From assembly GCF_036321535.1 (NCBI RefSeq), contig NC_087436.1, forward strand, positions 25,670,001 through 25,734,000: a DNA stretch of 64,000 nucleotides, in the 5' to 3' direction. Below, one piece after another: positions 26,346 through 39,199 of this stretch. A program made the position numbers and the translations under genes. How positions within the stretch are numbered: position 1 is the first letter of the stretch; the number at the start of each line of letters is the position of its first letter. The notes below the pieces were generated by a model, which made no database searches, was not told where the DNA came from, and saw nothing but the letters and a program-made list of their open reading frames with translations. The DNA comes from Camelus dromedarius. Its lineage: Eukaryota.

Positions 26346-27639
26346 GTTAACTGGATTACTTCTAAATTTCTGTTTCAGTTAAAGAATAAGTATTCTGTTA
26401 TTTGCTATCAGTAAGTTATAACCATACAATAGATTCTCTAGTAGAGCTAATGAAATTGCTCAGCTGCATGGCCCTTCTCTTGACTGGTTCTCCTGATACA
26501 CTTGAATCTAATAGTTTTAACCAATCAGAGCTACTCTGTGGTATAGGTGATGGTGAGACAAAAATGCAATACATAAGAATCTAACACACAATCTCTTAAT
26601 TGTCTCCTAAGACAATTGCTTAAGGTCTCACCAATAGCCACTAACGTTAAAAGTAAGTTTATTTTTTAACTTTTTTTTTTCCACAGGAGACCCATGTTTA
26701 TATTTCTTCTATGAAACAGTGAAATGTGAACCATTCATCACAATGTTTTCCTCTGTTGTATTAATTTTTCAAGAACAAATAATGGCTTTGAGATACCAAA
26801 TTGTGGTACCCCCTTAATAACACTGTAAACAAACTGGTAAAATTCAATTGTATGTTCTTTTCTGTCCAACAAGAGTGACATTTAATTAAATGTAAAATAA
26901 AGCCACATAAACATTAAGCTTTTCTTGCTATTACAAATTCTTCATTTAACAGTTTTTTCTGTCAGAGGTTTTGATGTAAAGCTTTCAGATTTTTCTTATG
27001 AATTATACTTGAGACATGATATATTAAAATGTCTCTATTAAATTAGTCGATCCCTATTCAAGACATAGATATATTGTTTGACCACTGCAGCATACATACA
27101 CAGTTTCTGTGCTGTACTTAAACCAGCTTTAGACATCAAAGGTTTGCATTATACTGATGTGAACTGAACTATAAGGACAAAGAATAGCCTTTTGTAGGGG
27201 AGAAGGAGCTTGAAAGAAATAGCTAAGTGGTTATGCTTCACTCTGTCAGACAGCAGATTTCATATTCAGTACCACAAGATGGTCTTTTTCTGAATAGCCT
27301 TCATTTCATGTGTCTGATGGGGTCAGATAGCCTGCCTCAAGGCAGGCTAGTTAAGTCCTTGAGAACTAAAAGATTCTTAATACACATCCCCATACCTTGC
27401 AGTCTAAGGGGGTAGATAAATTAGTCTAATTGGAGATGTATATTGAGTATTTGTTCACGTAAATATTTGGGGTGAGGGTAAAGATTTGAAATATTGTCTT
27501 TATAGCATCAGTTACATGAAAGCTGTGAGAAGAACATGGGAGCCTTGAAGAATAGGAGAGAATTTAGGCACCTACATGTGTATTTCAGGGGTCTCAGAAA
27601 ACATAGGCTTCTGTCTCTCTATCACACTACAAAAAGGAC

Positions 27640-27950
27640 TTCTGGCAGCCAAAAGGTACAAACTTCTAGTTAAAAAATAAGTAAGTCCTGGGGCTGTAAT
27701 GTACAGCATAGTGACTATAGTTAGTAATACTGCAGTGCATATTTGAAAGTTACTAAGAGAGTAAATCTTAAAAGTTCTCATGGCAAGAAAAAAATTATAA
27801 CCATCTGAGGTGATGTGTGTTGACTAGACTTACTGTGGTGATCATTTTACAATATATACAAATATCTAGTTATTATGATATATACCTGAAACTAATATAA
27901 TGTTGTATGTCAATATCTCAATAGAAATAAATAAATCAATAAATAAAATT
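27640..27950 (+). mobile_element. L1 (L1MA/MB-like) 3' end
   Basis: aaaaggtacaaacttctagtt..gtaatgtacagcatagtgactatagtt..aaaagttctca..cctgaaactaatataatgttgtatgtcaa with an (AAAT)n tail. Confidence 0.85.
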
Positions 27951-28489
27951 ACTCTATTCATTGTAAATGTTCTTTATGCCATGCTTAGTTATGCATTTTT
28001 TACTTGTGAAACTATAAAATTCTTAAGTAAAAGAATAACCAAAGAGTGCATAATATGTACTCAGCATTAAACTAGCTTTTTGGCTAAGGGGATATCTAAG
28101 ATCTACGTTTATTTAGTTGTGAATCATCACCCAAGAGGTGATCCGTCAGAAGTGAAGGGCAATGTGGAGAGTGAGAAGTTGTTAGAATCCTAGATTGAGC
28201 TACTATAACTTTATGTAAACACATCCCAGAATCTGCTAAACTAACTTCTTCCTGCCAAAGATTTTCTTCATATGAGAAAGGTATAAACAAGATAAAATAA
28301 CATTTGCAACTCCACAAGTCTAATGTGAAGCCAGGCAAAGTATCAATATAGATTAAAACCTTCAAAGATCAAAAAATTTTAGTTGCATGTTTTCACTTAC
28401 GACTAGCAATCATAATAAAATAACAGTAATTAGTTATTAAACCAACTAGTGCTAATGAGATCATTATTATATGTCAGTAAGTATGTATT

Positions 28490-28568
28490 GTTATGTATCT
28501 GGATCATTAAAGAAAATAGAAACCACACTAGGTAATTCTTGCAGAAAGAGATTTAAAACATGGGTTTG
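28490..28568. mobile_element. ERVL-class LTR fragment, split by the L1 insertion (continues after 31689)
   Basis: gaaaatagaaaccacactaggtaattc..agatttaa is an ERVL LTR-like motif. Confidence 0.45.
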
Positions 28569-31500
28569 AGGTTAAAAAAAAAAAAAGTTAAATGAAACCA
28601 GGAGCTGTTTTTTTGAAAAGATCAACAAAATTGATAAACCTCTAGCCAGGCTCACCAAGAGGAAAAGAGAGAGGACACAAATAAACAAAATGTAAAAAAA
28701 AGAAAGGAGGAATAACAACCAATAACACCCAGACACAAAAAGTTATGAGAATACTATAAACAGTTAAATGCCAACAAATTGTACAACCTAGAAGAAACGG
28801 ACAAATTTCTAGAATCATAAAGCCTTCCAAGACTAAGTCAAGAAGAAATAGACAACCTGAACAGACAGATCACTAGAAGTGATACTGAATTTGTTTAAAA
28901 AAAACAAAAACAAACAGAAAAACTCTCAGAAAACAAAGGTCCAGACCAGATGTCTTCACAGGCAAATTCTTCCAAACACATAAAGAAGAATTAATACCTA
29001 TCCTTCTGAAACTATTCCAAAAATTGAAGAGAAGGGAAAAATCACAAATTTATTCTACAGGGCCAGCATTACCAGATACCAAAACTGGAAAGAGACACTA
29101 CAAAAAAATTACAGGTCGATATCTTTGATAAATATAGATGCAAAAATTCTGAACAAAATATTAGCAAACTGAATCCAAAACTATATATATATAGGATCAT
29201 ACACCACACATGATCAAGCTGAATTTATTCCAGGGTCACCAAGTATGGTTCAACATTTGCACATCAGTCAGTGTGATATATCACATTAACAAAAGGAAGG
29301 ATAAAAATCACATGATCATATCAATAGACACCAAAAAAGCATTTGACAAAATTTATCATCCATTCATGATAAAAGCTTTCTTCAAAGTTCGTACAGAGGG
29401 AACATATCCGCACATAATAAAGGCCATTTTTGACAAACCCACAGCAAACATAATACTCAACAGTGAAAAGCTGAAAGCCTTACTGCTAAATACAGGAACA
29501 GGAAAAAGATGTCCACTCTCACCACTTCTATTTAACATAGCATTGGAAGTCTCAGCCACAGCAATCAGGCAAGAAATATAAGGTATACAAATTAGAAGTG
29601 AAGAAGTAAAACTGTCACTACTTGCAGATGACATGATACTCTATATAGAGAACCCTAAAGTCTCTATCCAAAAACTATTGAATAAAGGAATTCGGCAAGG
29701 TTGCAGGATACAAGATTTATATACAGAAATCTGTTGTGGGTCTATACATTAACATTACATTATTAATAAAATATCAAAGAGAAAGTAAAAAAAATCCTAT
29801 TTAAAATGACATTAAAAAAAAACCTAGGAATAAACTTAACCAAGGAGGTGAATGACCTATACTCTGAAAACTATAGAACACTGATGAAGGAAATTGAAGA
29901 TGATTCAAAGAAATGGAAAGATATCCTTGGATTGATGTTCTTGGATTGAAAGAATTAATATTGTTAAAATAACCATACTACCCAAAGTACAGATTTAATA
30001 CAATCTGTGTCAAAAAATCCATGACATTTTTCACAGAACTAGAATGAATAATCCTAAAATTTATGTGGAACCACAAAAGACCCTTAAGTGCAAAGCCAAA
30101 CTTGAGGGAAAAAGAACAAAGCTAGAGGTATACCCTCCAGACTTCACACTCCAGTAATCAAAACAGCAGCATGGTACTGGCACAAAAACAGGCACACAGA
30201 TCAATGGAACAGCATAGAGAGGTGAGATATAAACCCATGAACACATGGTCAATTAATCTACAACAAAGGAAGCAGGAATATACAATGGAGAAAAGACAGT
30301 CTCTTCAAGTGGTGCCGGGAAAACTGGACAGCAATGAGATTAGAACATTCTCTCACACCATATACAAAAATGAACTAAACATGTTTTAAAGACCTAAAGG
30401 TAAGATCTGAAACCATAAAACTCCTAGACGAGAATACTGGTGGAACAGTCTTTAACAAAAATCACAGCACTATTTTCTTAATCTGTCCAGCTCCTAAGGC
30501 AAAAGAAATAAAAACAAAAATAAACAAATGTGACCTAAGTAAACAAAATGCACAGCAATGGAAATCACAACAAAATGAAAAGACAACTTACAAAATGGAT
30601 GAAAGTATTTGCAAATGATGCATCTGACAAGGGCAGCTCATACACTCAATATTAAAAAAGAAACCAAAAACAACAGTCAAAATGAGGAGAGGACCTGAAT
30701 AGATGTGTCTCCAAAGAACACACAGAAATAGCCAATAGGCACATGAAAAAATGCTCAACATCACTAATCACTAAAAAAATGCAAATCTAAACCACAATGA
30801 GATATCACCTCACATCTATCAGAATGGTTATCATCAAAAAGTCTACAAATAACAAATGTTGGAGAGGATGTAGAGAAAAGGGAACCCTCATACACTGTTG
30901 GTTGGAATGTAAATCGGTGCAGCCACTATGGAAAATAGTATGGAGGTTCCTCAAAAACTAAAAAATAAAACTACTGTATAATCCAGCAATTCTACTTCCA
31001 GATATATATCTGGAAATAATGAAAACACTAATTTGAAAAGATACATGCACCCCACTGTTCATAGCAGTACTATTTACAATAGCCAAGACATGGAAGCAAC
31101 CCTTTTGGCCATCAACAGATGATTACACTAGGAATATGTGATATATATAAACACATATAGACACACACCCACACATATATATATAAAATGGAATATTACT
31201 CAGCCATTAAAAGAATGAAATACTGCCAATTGCAGTAGTATGGATGGACCTAGAGGATATTATGCTTAGTGAAATAAGCCAGAGAAAGACAAATACTATC
31301 TGCTATCACTTATACATGGAATCAAAAAAAAAAAATAATACAAATGACTGCGTATACAAAACAGAAGCAGCCTCACAGGTATAGAAAACAAACCTGCGGT
31401 TAGCAAAGGGGAGAGGGAAAGGGGAGGGACAAACTAGGGACATGGGATTAATAGATACAAACTACTATATATAAAATAGTTAAGCAACAAAGATTAACTG

Positions 31501-31675
31501 TATAGCATGGGGAGTTATACTCATTATCTTGGAATAACCTATTATGGAGTATAGTCTGCAAAAATAGTGAATCACAATGCTGTACACCTGAATCAAACAT
31601 GATATTGTAAATCAACTATACTCCAATACAAAATAAAAATAAAATAAAATAGTAAAACAAAATAAACACATAAAT
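28569..31675 (+). mobile_element. 5'-truncated LINE-1 (~3.1 kb): degenerate ORF2 (RT) plus 3'UTR, tail and 14-bp TSD
   Basis: ORF 29210-29581 is L1 RT-like ([31 protein letters not shown]). [17 protein letters not shown] at 29609-29659. TSD aaaacatgggtttg (28555-28568) / aaaacaagggtttg (31676-31689) at a TTT/AAAA endonuclease site. Many stops and frameshifts. Confidence 0.97.
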
Positions 31676-32164
31676 AAAACAAGGGTTTGGGAGCTTATAA
31701 AAATCACTGAAAGGCTTACAGGGGTTATAACTGGGATGTAGGCGGGATGTCATTAGCTTTCAGCTTTGCTGCCTCAGTTCTCAGTTCTGAGAATCAGAAA
31801 TTTGTTGCTTTCACTTTAAGTTAGAAAATTGTTCAAAACAGGTGACAATGACACAACTGACCAGTAGCCTCAAGGCTGGGTATTGACAGGGGAAGAGTAG
31901 TTCAGCTAGCCACAACAAATCTTTCCATCTGCCAAAGCCCATGGGCCCACAGCCCTCTGCAGCTAGAACAAATGCTATAAAGTGGTAGTACGTTTGTGCT
32001 TGGTATTGAAAACAACAACTATTCTTAAAAATGTACTAGAAGAAAATTCACTGAAATATTAAGTGTCTCATCTATGATATGACAGTGAATGAGATTTTGG
32101 CCTTCAATGTATTTTGATTTTTTTTAAATTAGATGGCATCGTTGTACCAATTTCATTTCACTGA

Positions 32165-32705
32165 TGTATTAGTTTCTTATTACTGCATAATAAATCACCA
32201 CAAACTGAGTAACTTAAAACAACCCATTTATTATCTTTGAGTTTTTATGAATTAGGATTCTGGGCACTGTTTAGCTGGGTCCTCTCCCTGGGGTCTTACA
32301 AGACTCCAATCTAGGTGTCATCTGGGGTTGGGGTCTCATGTGAAGGCTTGACTAGATAAGAACCCATTTCCAAGTTCATCAGATTGCTGGCAGAATTAAA
32401 TTTTCTGTAGATATACAGCTCATGGGAGCTTGCTTCTTTACAGCATCTCTGAATTCAGGGAAAACCTAATCCTGGTTTTAAAAGTCTTAGCTGATTATGT
32501 TAGGCCCAGTCAGGATCATCTTTCTTTTTATTAACTCAAAGTCAAATGATTAGAGTCCTTAATTAAAGCCTTTAACTTTTGCCATATAAAATAACATAAT
32601 CTTGGGAGTGATATCCCATCATATTCACAGGACCTGCCCACGATGAAGGAGAGGTTATACAAGGGCTTAGATCATTGTCATTTATTTTAGAATTCTGCCT
32701 AACAT
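32165..32705 (-). mobile_element. MLT1-type (MLT1E/F-like) solo LTR
   Basis: tgtattagtttcttattactgcataataaatcaccacaaact..gggagtgatatcccatcatattcacagg..ttagaattctgcctaaca. Confidence 0.8.
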
Positions 32706-33379
32706 AATGTGTTAAAAGAGAGGTCTACTGGGAATTTTCTGTTTCACACTGCAGGGCACAACCTCCCTAGGGTGTTTTTTAGCTAGCTCTGTCAGCATAT
32801 TAGGATAGTAAATTTCTGAGGTGGGAAGGGAGTAGTCATGAGAAGTATTATTTTTCTCTACACTAGAGTGATGATTTGAATTGGTACAAGTTAATTCCAG
32901 AATCTTAGATTATGTCATTCCAGAACTGTAAGTTGCTGTAGAATGCACCTTGACATTCTCTATCATTTATAAAGTAATAAACAAAATCAGAATATGAACT
33001 GTACAGTCATAACTAGAAGTGTAGCCACAAACAGAATCTTGGCTCCTGACCCTCTAATTCAGCAGTATTTTTCATAATACCACTCCATTCATTGTGGCCA
33101 TGAGACAAGCAACAAGCAAATTTGTTTATCAGAATTATAGCTGTTTTCCAGTTTCAGTGTATGAAAGATGAAGATGCCAATCTTGTGCCTAGTTTATTGT
33201 TTTAATGGTCCATATTTTTAACTGAGGCCTTGAGATTGATCTATTTGTATTACACCCAAGCAATGGGTACTTAGAGTGTAGTGATGCAAAAAAAAAAAAC
33301 CGTATCAAAAAAAGAGCTGCACGAGTGCCCAGAGCTTCCCCTTCTACCACCATGGCCTGCTGTCTCATCTGCTCTAGGC

Positions 33380-33625
33380 CTTTATCCAGTGTGACTATTT
33401 AAAATTGAAACACCCTCCCAATTCTTCCAATCTCCATTTCTCCAAAGAATTGATCACCACCCTGCTGTTAGTTTATTGTCTCTATCAACCCAGAAGATTG
33501 TAGGCTGCCTGACCACAGGGGTTTTCGCCTGTGTGTGTGCACTGTTATATCTCTGGTACTCACAATAGTAACTGGCACAGAGTAAGTGCTCAGCAAATAT
33601 GCATGGAATTAAAAAATGAATTAGT
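33380..33625. mobile_element. L2 3' terminus
   Basis: tgcactgttatatctc..actggcacagagtaagtgctcagcaaatatgc..aatgaat. Confidence 0.6.
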
Positions 33626-34375
33626 TGATTCTTAGTTGTAAGAGATCAGATTCATCCTGAGAGGCAGCAAGACCAGGAAGACACATGGAAAATATGAACC
33701 ACCTGATTACACCTGGGAATTTTTTACTTATGAAAACACTGGAAAAGTTTAAGTGGTAATAACATTTGGGTGGACTAGGGCTTCGATTCACTGCTTTAGA
33801 TAACACAAAGCTATTACACTGACTGATCTGTCTTAAGCAGTCCAGAATACCAAGCAGTAAGGCCCCCGATTAAACAAGGAACCTCCAACTCTGCTATCCA
33901 GGTCCAAGGAAATATCTAGCAGAGAGAAATCAGTGTTATCGGATGATAGCTTACGGAGATATTAGCTGCTTATTCTTCACGTATTTTTATATACATAACT
34001 GGCCAGAAAGTGGTATCAGCTCCTTAGATGCCCACAGAATTACCTTCCTTACATGCAATCCAGGCTTAGATTTTTCCTTTTCCAAAAATCAATGTAAGAA
34101 CTAGCCCTATAGGTTTTATATCTGGTTTTTTGGTTCTCTTGAGAAACTGACATAGAATCCTAAGTATTACTCAGTGCCTCCTATATAATGCTTTACCTAA
34201 CTTTTCTTCAAATTTAGTAGTTAACAATAAAATAAGCAAACAACACACACATATACACATCAGGTTTCACAGAAGAACTGATATATTTTATTCCAACTTT
34301 AAGAGCAACATGATAAATAGCAACTTTTTATCTTTGCGTTGGCTGCCAGGATGTTTAGAACTACTGTTATCTTCT

Positions 34376-34487
34376 TAGGATGACCAATTATCCTGGCTTG
34401 CCTGGGATTCTTAGCTGTCTCAGGGCACAAGCCTTTCAGTACTAAAATTGGACAGTTTCAAGCTAATGAGGAAGGTTGGTCACCCTA
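34376..34487. mobile_element. MER81-like hAT-Blackjack MITE
   Basis: TIRs taggatgaccaa / ttggtcacccta; 112 bp; internal ctttcagtactaaaa. Confidence 0.8.
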
Positions 34488-36559
34488 CTTTTGATTTCAA
34501 AAGAAATATATGTTTGAGTTTGAAATTTTAAAAACAATAAATTTATAAAAAAACTGCATTATTCAATAAATACACTTTATTCATAAATTTATTGTTTATT
34601 TTTAAAAAGTAAAGTAAGTTGTAGGCACTCGATCTAAGTGGGAAATTCTATTTAACTAGTTGAATTAAGGAGCCAGAACTAAGAGTGAGAGAGGAACTGA
34701 AAAAAAAAAAATTTGAAAGTCATTGATGTGGAGAACAGCTAAGGAACAGATGGTCCCTTTATGTCCCCAGTTGAGAGAAGCAAAAGACATATACTAAGAG
34801 TTCAGAAAAAAAGAAAGAAAATAGAGAAAACAGGAAGAGAAGCTTCTATTTTTATTATAGGCTAAAGCTCTTTTAATTCTTTTAAGAATTTTCTATCAAG
34901 ACTTCGTGTTCCTTGATCATTTCATTATTGATTTTCACATTTTTAAACAGACTTCCTGTCTTTAAACAGTGTTAAAAATTAATGGAGTAGTAGGTGCTAA
35001 GTAAGGAGAAACGTCTAAACTAAGAAATCAGTCTAAGAAGTTTCGGCCCAAATATCATCACTATAAAGTGACAAAGCTCTGAGTGGAGATGTTCAAGTTG
35101 CAAATGAAGCAGAAAGAGTTCCAGCCACTGCCACATATTGCAAAGCACTCCCTTGTGCCCCTGCATCACCACTTTCTCAGCCTGTACTGAGGCAACATAT
35201 TGTTTTTCTGTCCAAGTAATTTTCAGTAACACCCACAGAATCCCCAGCAGTGATTGCATCTAACATAGCACCTGGCAAAAATTCAACTTCATGTGAGCAA
35301 AATGGCATCACAGAATTTATGCTCCTGAATAAAAACCCTCATCCACATTCAGAAAGAGAGGAAAGGAAATGAGCAAGCCCGTGGTTATGAAATTAACAAG
35401 GCTTTAGCCACTAATTTCAAGACAAAATAAATAAATAAAGCATGCATATTTTATAACCTGGTTCCAGCACCACTAAGGAGAGCAAAATTATACAATTCTG
35501 CCCACAGAGCCTCTGCATGATAGCAGCAGTTTAATAATTAAAACTAAGTCCTTTTCAGAGCAGCTTGTTCCATCAGATTCAAGACACATTCAAGATGTCT
35601 TTCCTACATTCCAGGGACAGTGCTGGTTCCATTCACTTTTACAGTATTATTCCTGACATACAAATTTCACCAAATATAGATGACTTGTAATTTTTTAAAT
35701 TCACTTTGTATCATATCATCATTTCACACTCTGTAAATGTACCATTAGTTTTAGTTTACCAATGTGTTCTTTTTGACAAAGCAGAGATAGAAGAGAAAAA
35801 AAAAAAAAACTATGAAAGTTGCCAAATCATTTGCACTGTTTTGCTCAGTTTTTAAAAGTTCAATCAATTGCTCTGTCACATGGAAAACTGGTCACCTAGC
35901 TGTAGATTTTTCATGCATGAGACTTGATATCCACAAATCCTCTTGCTAAATAATGAGATCTATGAGGCCTTGTTTGAACATGTGCCCCCCTATGGTTTTA
36001 GCTGAATGTGTCATGTGTACTGTGGAATAAATAGCCCCACTGTTGGCTCCATCACCACAAGCTGACAGCCCCGCCTCGGTGCTGGTATAACGTGTTTTGT
36101 TTTGCTGTGAGGTAGAGTACTTAATCACATTAGGAGCTATTATAATCCCCTGGCCAATGAGACAGCTTGCTCTTTCTTGGTGGGGCCATTCCTTCTGGGC
36201 CCCACTGCTTTATAAGTAATAGATTTCTGTGACATTGATGAGATGACATTATCCTCTCAACTTAGTTCCTTTCTGTCCAACAATTGGTCCTGTCTTCCTG
36301 CACCAGACACAGGAACATACAGGAGAGTGTTCAAGTAGTTGGAGAAAAGAAAAGTTTCTCCCCATACATTTTTACTTAAGATATTGTTTTATTTATTTTG
36401 TACTCTGTGAAAGCAGCTCTCTCCAGTATCAACATGCTTTTCGATTTCTTAGGCTAGGATAGGAAAAAAAAATTTTTTTTAATGTACAGTCTGTGCTCAT
36501 ATTACTCTAAAGTTTCTTATACAGTTCTGGGTATTAATAAATGGTTTATAAAATTACCT

Positions 36560-36790
36560 ATGTCATTAGCTGACCCTGGTTTTGAAACCTGGCTCTTTCT
36601 CGTATTTTACTATGTAACTTTTGGAAAGTGACCCAAACTCTATGTAAGAGTTTACCTCTCTGTAAAGTATAAATAATAAATATCTACCTCTTTACATGTT
36701 TGGAGAAGTTACAGAAATAATGCCAGTATGCATTATTAGTGTATCTGTCACATAACTGCTGGTTCAATTATTGTCATTATTGTTACTAGA
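36560..36790. mobile_element. MIR SINE
   Basis: ccctggttttgaaacctggctct..tactatgtaacttttggaaagtgac..ctgtaaa..ataataaatatctacctc. Confidence 0.65.
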
Positions 36791-38734
36791 GAAGAAATTA
36801 GAAAAGTAGGTAAAAAGATCTTTGTCTAGAAAATTAAGATAACAGTTAACACCTTTACTAGATGTAATATATATTTTCCATGGTAAAGTTGTACATTGAA
36901 AAAAATAAAGTAACAGAGAAACACATACAAAGAAAATGCAGTTTCACATTAATAAAAATACTTGAATTCTAGCAAATCTATTCTTAAAACATAATAACCA
37001 ATATGTGAAGAAAATTATTGTTCATGAAGCAAACTACCTAATAATATATTAATGTTCACAGAGACCTATTTCAGCATTTACCCCAGGTACACATGGTTAT
37101 ATGCTTAAGGGCTCTTTGTAAGATTTAATGGATTGGAAAGACAAAACAGCAATTCCTCTCCACAGCTCCCCAAAGGAACTCAAATTGAACCCATCAGGAA
37201 TGAAACAGAATTCTTAGAAGCACAGGAAAATATCTGCAAAGATTATGACACCTAAGACACTATTTTCTTTGTTCTCCGATATTGTTAAAAAGAAAAGAAT
37301 CACACCTTTTCCAAGGAACTCTGACACTACATATGAAAGTAATTGGTACTGCCCACTAGTTCCAGCAGGTTAGACCCATGGTAGCTTTTCACACAAGATG
37401 ATGTAGGTATCTTAGAAATAACTAACGATTACAGCAATGTTTTCAAAGAGCTTATGTCCATATCCACTGAAGGTATACAAAACAAGCCTACGTAGAAATT
37501 TCATGGCTACTGGTGTTTACCAAAAAACATGACAACATTCTCTACTGAAAAGAGACCAAGTCAGCCTCTTTCCTGCCCATTTTGAGGGATGGGTACTGTC
37601 TAGGACTAAGGTATAAAGGTGGTTATGTGGCAGATGCACAGGTTTCTCATTTAAGATGCAAAAAAAACAGTCAAACAAGGAACACCCACCTGCATTCTGT
37701 ATTTTTACTGTTTGCAGATATCACCACTATTCCACCTCCAACACAAGCACAATACACAATACTAGTATTTTTTTTTTTTTTTACCTTTTTATTCCTATTC
37801 CAGAAAAGATTTTGAGTTGACTATTTTCTGCAAATAGGGCACAGGTAAATCCTTTGGGAAGACTTATCGGAGGCCCCAAAGCCCTGGCCAGGTGAAGTGT
37901 GGTTTTTTCCCACCCAGTATGCCTACGTGTCTCTAACTGCAGCACCTGTTTGCTCTCTCCCTCCCATGCAAGTGGGAAGATGGCCAGAGTTGCGCCCTGG
38001 GCAACATCATTTGGAAAATGAGAACCAACTATACAGGGTAGTTGTTAGGATCAGTGAGAGACTGGGGAAAAAAATGTGGAGGAGTAGAAAGGCTTCAGAG
38101 AAGAGGAAACTGAGAAGTGAAAGGGGAATGGAGGACTTCAGATTTGAACAATTCTGGAACCAGCAAAGTGCCCGTAATTAGGTGGGTTCATGTGGAATTC
38201 AGTGTGATTAAGCTCCGGCTTTCTCATGTAATAAGATTATTTGGAATCAATTGAGATAATAGATGTGAGACCATTTCATAAAAATTCAAGCACAATATGA
38301 ATGTGAAGTTTTAGTTGTAAGTGATGATAGCTATTTTACCAAATGAAAGGACGAGGGACACGGAAGAAGTTTAAATTATTAGGATATTAATTATTCTCTA
38401 GTTGAGTCATTTTTAAATTCTTTTCTCATTCCAAAAAAAAAAAAAAAAAAAAAAAAAAAGGAGAGGGTAGTGTACGTGCAAAAAAATCCATCTGACCAAG
38501 ACATCACGTACCTCTTAATCCTTTAAACAGCACAGCAGATGCTTCAGTACCTCTTTAAGTCTTCCAAACTACATTACCACCGTTGCCTGAAGAGTCCTCA
38601 AACTAACTACTGGCAATTGAGGTTTTTCACAGGGGTTATAAGATTCAATAGACTATATTTGATAGCTGATAAATCCTTAAACACTCTGGCCTGGAGTGAG
38701 ACGATTCTGCAGTCTTTTCACGTCCGTAAGAGAC

Positions 38735-39199
38735 CACGCCAGCTCTAAGGACTTGCATCAAGGACTTCCCTGCTCTGCCTGTTCTTATATGCTTGCCGTT
38801 GCCACGTGACTTTGGTAGCTCCTCCTTCTAGCAGGAAATAGCATATTTTCTTTCTTCTGACTTTGGTCTTGGCCTCGTGACTTGCTTTGGCAAACAGAAT
38901 CCGGCAGAAATGACAATGCCCCAGCTCTGTGGCTCTGCCTCAAGAAGTCTTACAGCTTTCAAGTTGCTTTCCGAAACCGCTCCCATTGCCAGGAGAAGGC
39001 CTCGCCTTGAATATCCAGCTCATCAAAGGGAGATGACATACACGTGGAGAAGAGCTGCCCCAGGTGGGCTCAAGCCAGGTTAACCAGCCCGAAGATGTCC
39101 CACAGCTGCATGAGATAAACCAATTCTTACTTTGTGTGCTGCTCAGAACTTGCGGTTGCGTGTCATGCAGGTTTACTGAAGCAATTGTGAATTGATACA
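38735..39199 (+). mobile_element. MLT1-type (MLT1F/H-like) LTR
   Basis: gccacgtgacttt..ttggcctcgtgacttgctttggcaaacagaat..gcaattgtgaattgataca end. Confidence 0.7.
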
